DNA of 64,000 nucleotides from Entomortierella parvispora E1425 (Eukaryota > Fungi > Mortierellomycota): the NCBI GenBank assembly GCA_020891255.1, contig BQFW01000002.1, positions 2,294,001 to 2,358,000 on the forward strand, written 5' to 3'. Shown piece by piece: positions 26,601 through 35,179 of this stretch; position 1 is the first letter of the stretch; every line of letters starts with the position of its first letter. Both the position numbers and the translations under genes were made by a program. The notes under the pieces are model-generated. The model searched no databases, was not told the DNA's origin, and saw only the letters and a program-made list of their open reading frames with translations.

Positions 26601-27778
26601 GATGTACCTTTATCGTCTGCGTCCACCTTAGTCCCGGCTATTGATCCTGCTCCATACTTTGACATTGCTGCCACAGCATTGTCAGCCACAAGCACGTTGG
26701 TTGGCAGAGACGACGTCCTTTTGTGAATTAAGTGCTGGATAGGTCCTTTCGGTGAATCCCCCATAGTTCTGTGTGATGTTATGAGTGTGGATGAGGCCAA
26801 TGGGGAGGGTGGTAGTGATGATACAGATGCTGGTGGTGAGGAAGGCGATAATGAGGACAGCGCTAGAGGTTCCTTGCCTCTGGATATTGACGACAAAGAG
26901 TTACTGGAGATCGTGGTTATGGGCCCTGTCGAGTGCCGTTTGTGGGTGTTTGGTGAAGGCGGCTTGATTTTGTTGGAATTGTTGTACATGGAAGCAGAGT
27001 CTGTGGATGTTTGGTTCTTTGCTACAGAGGAAGGCGAAGGTGGGGACGATGACGGCGAGGTAGGAGAGGGAGATGAAGATGCTGTGTTGTGGAAGCGGCT
27101 GGGGAGGAAGAAGAAGTGTTTCCCGCTGCTGCTGTGGTTGCGGGAACTGTTGTTTTTGCCGCTTCCTGCAGAGTGATTGCTGGGTGTTGTTGTTGCTGAA
27201 ACTCCAGATCCGTATTCGATCCCACTGCTGCTATTCCCTCGAGGTCGTCCTGCTGGAAAGGAGGGTGCCGAGATCGAGGAGGAGATGGAGAACGATCCGC
27301 TATGCCGCTTTCGTCCATTGCTATTCTTGTCTTTGGTTTTGTCCATGTCTTTATCGCGTGAACTCTCTTTGGTCAAGGGATATGCATGAGGTTGCGAAAG
27401 CAAGAGCTGTTTAGAGGATCGCTTGCCCCCTACTGCCGCAGAAGGCGAAGACAAAGAGGGAGAGAGAGTGGCCATGCCTGTTGCCAAGGATGGTGGCGGG
27501 GAGGGAGTGGACTGAGGAGGAAATGCAGCATTCTTGGGTGTTGTCGCTGGAGTGGAGTTTGCAGAAGAGCTGTGCGATGAGGAGGGCCAGACTAGGCCGA
27601 CAAGACTGTTCCTCCTGTCGCGCCAGGTCAATGGCTTTGGGCGAAGACGCTCTAATGGTGAGGACGCTGCCGAAGTGCTGGTGGTGGTGCTGGCTGAGGT
27701 GGGGCCTTGCGCTCGAGTATCGGTGGCCGCTGGCGTGGCGGGTGGGGTCGCAGTTGGAGAGGAGACAGAACGGCGCAT
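14688..27778 (-). CDS. RIM15: Very large Rim15/Cek1/Greatwall-type AGC kinase (~8 exons, ~4,000 aa)
   Basis: [26 protein letters not shown]; YAIKILKK; HRDLKPDN; DFG, then a long insert, then [11 protein letters not shown]; [15 protein letters not shown]; FESFSYKN motif; CRIC...H...C zinc finger. A phase-1 intron (GTAAGT at 26262 to an acceptor near 25921) links the 575-aa ORF to the rest. The symbol is family-level only. Confidence 0.85.
24352..24383. repeat. CTG/CAG run encoding polyglutamine in the kinase
   Basis: Direct reading; [13 protein letters not shown] in the minus-strand ORF. Confidence 0.85.
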
Positions 27779-28580
27779 GGTCAGCTTCGTCTTCTTTGTC
27801 TTCTTTCTTGGTCAATCCTGTCCGATCTAGATGCGCAGAGAGGAAAGAGGAAAAGATAGACACAGAGAGGGAGAGGGCTGTTAGTAAGAACGAGAAGAGG
27901 GGGGGAGAAACAACAGTAAAAGAGGGAAGCAGCTGCGAGGTGAGGATGGCGTGCGCCAGGGGGAACGAAGGAAAGAACGATAAAAAAAGGGATCTCGTCC
28001 TTGTCGCTCGCCAAGCGAATCACGATGAATGGGTGGCAATGGGGCATGGGTCTTTGGTGAGGAATGGGTTGTACAGATTGTGGGGATGGCATGCAAGCCC
28101 ATGGCACTGCACATGCATGACCATTCACTCACTCACTCACTAGTGGAATGATTTAGAAGGAAGCAGTGAAAGAAAAAGAGTCGGTGCGGACAAGCGACGC
28201 GGTGGGCTGGTGGAGGGATGGTGTGCAGAAGAGCGCAAAGAGGAGAACGAGCGGAGAGGAGCAATTGAAGAAAAGAAGGACGGAAATGAAAAAAGCAAAC
28301 AAGGAGGGCAAGGAAGGAGCAAAGGAGGAGGAACGAGCGAGCGAGGGATGAAGGACGAAAAGACGGTCAAGGGACCGAACGCTGGGTGCAAGATTCGCTT
28401 GCAGCAAGAAGACACAACCATCGCAACAAGGACGGCAAAGTCCCAGGCAAACGGCATGCACAACCTGAAGAATGAAGCGAGGGAGGGACCGTTTGTTTGT
28501 TGGACAGGCAACATCGTCAACAACAAAACAGCTTCATCTCAATTGAGTCGGGAAAAAAGGATTGAAGACGTGTTCCTAGC

Positions 28581-28606
28581 TGTGTGTGTGTGTGTGTGTG
28601 TGTGTG
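28581..28606. repeat. (TG)13 microsatellite upstream of the kinase gene
   Basis: Direct reading. Confidence 0.95.
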
Positions 28607-30420
28607 TTCTACTGGGATGGCACATGCTCGCCATCGTCATCTTCGTTACGGCGGTCGTGGTTGTCGTTTGGTCGGTTGGTCTTGTTGTGTATGCGCAAGG
28701 TCGGAAAGGTTGCACAGGCTGAAGAATAGAGTGGGGAAGTTAAAAAGCAAAGTGGGCAAGGAGTGGAGTGAAGGGGGGAACAACTGTCCCTCTAGAGATA
28801 TTATGGACAGGATAGAAGAAAGACAACCGAGGAAAGATATGGGGAGCAATAGCAGCAAGTAAATCGACTGGAGCGAGGCCTAGAAGGAATCGTACCGATG
28901 CAGCCAATCGAGTTTATGAGTTTATCGTAGTAGTCGTATGGGCGAGAGAGTGAGATCGGACAAGTACAAGAGAATGCTGGCTGAAGACAGAAGGGGAAGA
29001 TAAAGAGCGGGAGGGAGGAAGGAAAGAAGTTAAGGAGGATGGAAGGATGGCAAAAAGGAAAGAGAGAGAGAAGGACCAAGCGATAAAAAAGGGGGCAAGA
29101 AGAAGCGAAAAGTTTCTGCACCTCCACTTTTGTCAATATCCTTGAGCAAGACAAGACCACAACGACCCCGACCACGGCGGTACGTGACCAAAGTCCTCTT
29201 GCTGCTCAGTCTGCAAACAGATGCACGATTGCTTTGAAGCGCCCCTCTTCTTGATGAGCATCGGTTCTTGCTCGGACTTTTGTAACTTTCTGCAGTTGCA
29301 TGCTGCAGCGTGTCAAAAAAAAAAAAGGGAGAAGCAGAGGGAGAGGGAGGTAGGGGAGTGCAGTTCCGCGCCGGTTGATCAAATCGTTTGCTGACGGGCA
29401 AGAAGAGATGTGCAGTCCTTCAGCCGACGGAGTGTCCCGTTCGCGCCGAGGTTGACGCTGCTTGCCTAGCTCAGGGAGCACGAGGATCTTGTCCTGGGGC
29501 AGGCACAAGGTCACTGATCCCCGTGCGGCCAACAATGGTCCTTGCAACCGTGACAACCAACTACAGTGCGCTTGGGTCTACTTCCTGCACAGAGCGCTTG
29601 CGTGCATACATGCTTGTGAAAGTGTGAATAAGCTCAGATGTTGAATAAGACAGAGACTGGCGGATGCGCCAACGAGGTGCCGGGAATAAAGAAACTATTC
29701 GAGCGAACAGGCAAGATTCCCGTGAGTAGGAGCTATCTTTTTAATCTTGGACGGGAAAGAGCTGTCTGGAAAGGCCATAATAAGGGTACGGCAGTTATTG
29801 CATTATCGTCCCGCAACTTTGAGTTTCCACAGTCAGAAATGAATCCATCGAGGACAAATCGCGGAATGACGCACCACATCAAGGGGACGGGGTGGCAAGG
29901 GTTAGGTACGAACAATGAATGCATTCGCAAAGAATGCCATCAACTGGGCCGCACTCGGCACCAACGAACTGCTGTGCTCACCTTCCTTGTAGAGCTGTGC
30001 AGGTGCATGCTATTGGCCATTGGGGACGAGGAAGAGAGCACCGTTGAGCAGGCTGTTTCCGAGTATCGACTCCGTGGTTGGAAGCCAAATAGAATCCAAG
30101 TTTAAGGAGGGATTAAGGTGTGTAAAAGCAAACTGACGATCCAGACTGTCCAGCTGCTCTTTCTCCGCCACTCTCGTCGTTCAGTCACCTCTTCAGCCCT
30201 AGGATGAAATTTGCTGCGCTGCCATTGGTCCAGACGACGCGTTCTATGTGTGTCCTGTAGTCTGAAATCTGAAAAAATTGATCTCGTTTCTCGCGGTGAA
30301 AAACGTCTTCATGAACAAATCGTGCGCACCGCAAGGTCTCCCGTACTCCTTTGGATAACTTAAACTTCGAGACTTTATGACGGATTACTTTTCTTGTCAC
30401 CGATCTTGATGCGATATGTC

Positions 30421-30963
30421 CAAATGATTCATATCACAGAGGCTGAGCCACTATCCATTTCGCACGTCGAATCGAGCCTCGCCTCCTCTTCCGGACTCAG
30501 GATCAGGTATGGAAGAGTATGTCAAAAAAATGGAGAAAGTAGAAGAACGCCTGAGCATCTTTTATTATGAACGAAATAGGGGTTTTAAAAGGCACACCTG
30601 GAATATGAAACGGGCCATAGTCGGAAGAACAACTGGACGACGCCACGACCCAAGCAACCATGTCATGATCGGAGTCGGGTTAGGGCAATTCAAAACTTCC
30701 TCTCGACTGTATCTGTGTACTCCTCGTTTCATTGCATGACCCTGTGGCAACTACATTGCACAAATTGCAGTCGATGTTAGGGACCTCAGGGAAGCCGAGA
30801 ACATGGCCAATATTGTGCGAGAGCGTGTTGAGAGGCAAGAAAGACCCCTCCACCTGTAACCAGAGAGGAAGACGGTAGATACCCCTGGATATCAGAATTA
30901 GATGAAAACCAAGGAGATAATCCTGTTACGGTCGGCATCATTGCAAGCGGAAGCAAAGTCTAA
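30421..30963 (+). pseudogene. Decayed TnpB/Fanzor-like RuvC nuclease, C-terminal relic
   Basis: Stitched across frameshifts: SISHVESSL/PPLPDSGSGMEEYVKKMEKVEERLSIFY..FKRHTWNMKRA..GRRHDPSNHVMIGVGLGQFKTSSRL..PCGNYIAQ..RDLREAENMANIVRE..RPLHL*P../DGRYPW..* (TAA 30961-30963). RDxxxAxNxxNI resembles the TnpB RuvC-III motif. Family assignment is from my recollection of Mortierellaceae proteins, not from a search. Confidence 0.6.
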
Positions 30964-32348
30964 AAAGTGACAAAGACCAGCAGCCGTTCGAAGTCACGGG
31001 CGCCATCTACAGTCAAAAGTCAAGGCGAAGGACCCTCCGGGGCTGTCAGTCACAGTGCTTCTATGACCGAGAGTGAAGCCAGTGCCCGCTCCCTGGATCA
31101 AATGTTCATAGTTTTTCGTGTGTTTGGACCCACACACCCCACCTCATTGCTGATTGAGGGCACCGTTCATGCTCCTGGTTTAGTCCGGCCTCCCTTATCA
31201 CGTTGCCTCCGCGCCTTGCTGTTCCCTCCACGAATTCTTCCTGCCAGAGAAATGGCATCAGGGTGGGGGTTGATCACCGCCTCTCGATCACCCAGGCAGT
31301 ACCACCGCAGGAACGACTTTCAGATCCTCGACAAGGAAAAGACTCCCGAAAGTAGGGGATCATCTGTGGGACTTTTCCGACGTTTGGCGAAGCCTTCACG
31401 CGCCAGAGGAGATTCTAAAGATCGTACAGGAGGGACACAGGATCCCACTCCTGTCCCCAAGATCATCCCAATCAAACCAAATTATTAATAAGTGATACTC
31501 ATCTACTGTAAATAAAATGCTTTTGCATTGCACAACCCGTCTATGACGGCCCATGCACCCTGGTTTCGTAACACCGCGACCAAAGGGCGGGAGCTTCTGG
31601 CTTGCTACAGCAAGGCCAGGTCCAGTCCCCTCTGTGGCCTTTCATGCTCGTTCGTCACTAGTTTCCGAGATCCTTTTCCAAGAAGTACCTCACTCCCCCT
31701 GTTCTTTCCATGACTTTCAACACGCGCTTTCCTTGGTATTCATCTAAGACATCTTTGTCCCCAGCCTTGTGGAGTCTCTTCATCCTTGTCGCATCAAACC
31801 TGTCCCGGTTAAAGTTACCAAAGTTACTGTTGCTACCTCCGTGTCCGCCAGCACGGGTACCCGGTTCTCCAGGCCTGGCACTTTTGCTCACATCAGTAAC
31901 TCCGATAGACTTTCCCAGTCCACAGTCCTTTTGCAACGTGGATTCCAAATCCCTGTTCGGCCGTAGACCTGTCCACCATGGTGCTCGCGTTTCTTGGGTC
32001 GTGCAGAACAGTGTCTTGATCTTGTCTTTCAGGAAACGTGGCGCCAATCCGTGGTAGGCGTCGATGACTATCCATGGTCGCCATGCGAGTGATCCGAGAT
32101 CGACCACTTCCTCTCTTTCCATATCGTCGTCGTGGCACCCTGGCTTTCTTTTTTTTTTTGGCGGCAACTGGGCTTTGCAGCACGTCACATGATGTGGCTT
32201 GGTCGGCAATGATCACGTGCTTTGATAGAATTAAAAATAAGTATGATAGGAGAAAAGAACTTCTGTCGTGACTCTCGGTATCACGACTGATCCTTAGGGT
32301 GTGTCGAGCGTGTTCTTCTACACTGGGCACCACAGTCAGCTACCTTGA

Positions 32349-32467
32349 CTGTAATCGAGATGGAAGGGCAAAAAAAGGATATGTTTAATAAGATATTCTG
32401 TGTGTTACTACTGATAGGGTTCTCAAGAGGGTTACCTGTAATCGAGATGGAAGGGCAAAGAAAGGAT
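32349..32467. repeat. Two 32-bp direct repeats (1 mismatch), 87-bp period
   Basis: CTGTAATCGAGATGGAAGGGCAAA(A/G)AAAGGAT at 32349-32380 and 32436-32467. Confidence 0.9.
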
Positions 32468-32887
32468 GCCGTTCTAAGTCTCGATACAGAGCTACTTATA
32501 TACTGAAGGTAGTGAAGTGAGACTATACTGCTGACACTATGGAACTAAATAGTGAAGGGCTTATGACTATTCTGGAATAGGGGCCCTAACGTCCGAGGTT
32601 TCAAAGAGCTTGGTCGACCGGCGTGGAGACAAGCTTTTGATTGGCAACGGTTGGTAGGTTAATGTCGGAGAAACATGAAATGCTCCGTTCGTGAGTATAC
32701 ACGGTTGAGGGTAGTCGACCTGGTGATAGTCAACGACGATGACGCGCGGCACAAGTGCAATGAGGGCGCGCAACAAGGGTCCATTCATCAGGCGTGTCGG
32801 CGGTCAGGTGATCGTAAGTCATGTGATCAGACGCGGAGCTGGCGGGGATAAAAGCAGTCTGATTCACGACACTTCCATCTGAAAAGT

Positions 32888-32959
32888 TCCTAGTTGGTCC
32901 AGTGGTCAGGATTTGTCGCTCTCACCGACAAGGCCCGGGTTCGATCCCCGGACTGGGAA
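32888..32959 (+). tRNA. tRNA-Glu (CTC), intronless
   Basis: Acceptor stem TCCTAGT/ACTGGGA; A-box TGGTCCAGTGG; anticodon arm TGTCG-CTCTCAC-CGACA; B-box GGTTCGATCC. Confidence 0.97.
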
Positions 32960-32965
32960 TTCATC

Positions 32966-32969
32966 TTTT
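32966..32969 (+). terminator. Pol III T-tract after tRNA-Glu (second T7 tract at 33001-33007)
   Basis: TTTT 6 nt after the tRNA 3' end. Confidence 0.6.
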
Positions 32970-33448
32970 GTCACCGCCCGGAAATGGGGAAAATAACTTA
33001 TTTTTTTGCGCTGACCTTCGTTTTTGGGCTCCTTAACTACCGACTGACTAGCACGTCTGCCCGTGGCATAGAGTATGCCCTGGAAGGACGTTAAGAATAA
33101 CTATCAAAAGTCTAGGAATCGAGGAGGGAGTGGAGCGGCTGAGAAGGAAGACGATCGGGGTGAAGGACGGCCAGCATGGTTAATGGCCGATTTTTTTGGT
33201 TCTCTCCTGCCCAAAAGACACTACGCAATGAATGAGGGCAGTCAGCTCCCTGGTGATTTTGGCGTGCTCCTTCCGGAGGCTTATGTCGGGCCTCCAGTCC
33301 TCACGGCGCCTGGGATAAGAAGGCGCTTTGCGCAAGATGGTGGCGAGTGGCGCTCGCGCGCACCGTATCCTCCCTCGGAGGCTTACATATAAGAAGGATG
33401 GATCCTGATCTATCTTCGTCTATTATCGAATCAATTGATCCCTTACCG

Positions 33449-33533
33449 AACACGTCCATGACCGTCGACCTACCCAAGCCCATTAAGTAGCCAAAGCCAT
33501 TGTTCGCGAAAAGTCGACGGTCATGGACGTGTT
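33449..33533. repeat. Perfect 21-bp inverted repeat with a 43-nt loop
   Basis: AACACGTCCATGACCGTCGAC (33449-33469) and GTCGACGGTCATGGACGTGTT (33513-33533) are exact reverse complements. Confidence 0.95.
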
Positions 33534-35179
33534 GGGCACTTAAGAAATAGGCCAGTTAGTGGGAAAACTAACCAACATCATGGTCGTCGTTTAATTTATT
33601 ACATGAAAGTTAACGGATTAACAGATCAGCTCTTCAGCAAGCAGTTTTACATAGATTTGATCAGAAGTGTGGCTGGTGTTGCCTGTAGGATTTCTTGTTG
33701 GTTCATGTACGACTCTTATTTTATGTCCTCTGCAATCTCATTCACCGATATGATCGACGCTGGAGACCAGATTTGTTGTTGCGAGATTTACCTTTTCGCG
33801 CTGGTGTAATCTTGTTACCCGGACAAGACTGAACAAACTCATCAAGCATTTCGCCAAGACTATTTTCTGAAGAATTAATAGGAATGGGGATCATGATGGC
33901 TGTCGGTGGGCTTTGAGGGGTCTTGAGAATGGGAGCCCACTTGCAATTAGGTCTTTGGTGGCTGTCTTCGTTCGCACGGCACTCATTGATTTCGGGATTT
34001 GCAACAGCCGAGGGGTACCGTACCCTGGAGTCTCTCAGACTATAAATAACAGTGGCGTCTCGGTCCAAATGAAGGGCCGAACCACGGAGCCATTTGACAT
34101 GTAGGACAGGACGCGTCTACGAGAAAAGCAATAATGGATGCGTTGTTGTTTGGTGATTCTTTGTTTCGTTGCCCCTTTCCCCTGTAAGCGTTAGTTAACA
34201 ATTTCGCGTGTTCTAGAGGATCACTTGATGAGCCATGCGCTCATCCACTTGTTGGTTTGAGCGTTCTGAAGGCCTTAACGCCGTATCCATTGTTGATAAG
34301 GGTGCTGAAAACGTCGATGCTGTTCATGTGTTGTTGCGTTGTGGCTGCACGCGACGATGATTCGATCCTGGCGACCTCCTTTTTCTTCCTGTGTGCCTCC
34401 TTGTGGTGTGGTCGAATCATGGTCGCGTTGCCGTGCAAGGGACGCGAGCCTCTGTGGGTGCAGCGTATAGGGCAGCACAGGGGTAGTTCTGTTGTTAAGA
34501 GCAACTGCGCGTGTCTGTCAAACAAGCTGCAAGCACAGCCAGGATCGATCCTGCCAAGGAGGAACATTCGGAAACAGCCACGGCTTTTTTCGTGCTTGCT
34601 CTTCAAATCTCAACCCAGGCCTGGTATTTCGCATCTTGGCTGCCTTGTCTTTCTCTTGGCAAAGCAAGGCGTTGGGTAACGTCCACCATGGCTGTTCAAA
34701 GACAGAAGCTGGAAGAGAATGCAATAAGAACACGAACACAAAAAAAAAAAAGAAAAAAAAAAAGCCGGCCCTACTGCAATCCATCCAGGAAGCCATTTTC
34801 CGCCCAAGAAAGGACACCTCTATTTCTCCCTCTCTTTTCTCTTTCTCACTCACTCCCTCCCTCCCTTTTCCTCTCTCTCTTTTCTTCATCCATCCATCCA
34901 TCCGTCCCTTCATTCATCCTTTTCCTTCTGAGCACATTCCAGTCGGACCCAAAGGCCGATCCCCTCCATCGCCTCTCGCCCGCTACTTGTTCTTGATTGC
35001 TTGCGATCATTCCCTCTCCACTCTCTGTCTTCTCTTCCATAATCCACTTACCCCCACCTCATGGATACCATTCTTTCATAGATCTTCCTCCTTTCCTTCC
35101 ATTGCCTTTACATCCCATACCCTCCCTTCTGTGATTGTCATTTCGCATTCTCCTTTCCTCTTTCACTCGATTACGTCTA

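Noticed and set aside
30185-30400. 71-aa minus-strand ORF (RVVWTNGSAANF)
   Set aside because: No recognisable family, and it lies opposite the relic; cannot be supported.
31380-31600. Minus-strand FTVDEY...LCPSC as a second Fanzor
   Set aside because: Glu-to-Cys spacing is far longer than the E-x-x-TS-x-x-C pattern and stops flank it; likely chance.
32349-32467. CRISPR-like repeat-spacer-repeat
   Set aside because: Only two copies, 55-bp spacer, non-palindromic, eukaryotic context, no cas genes.
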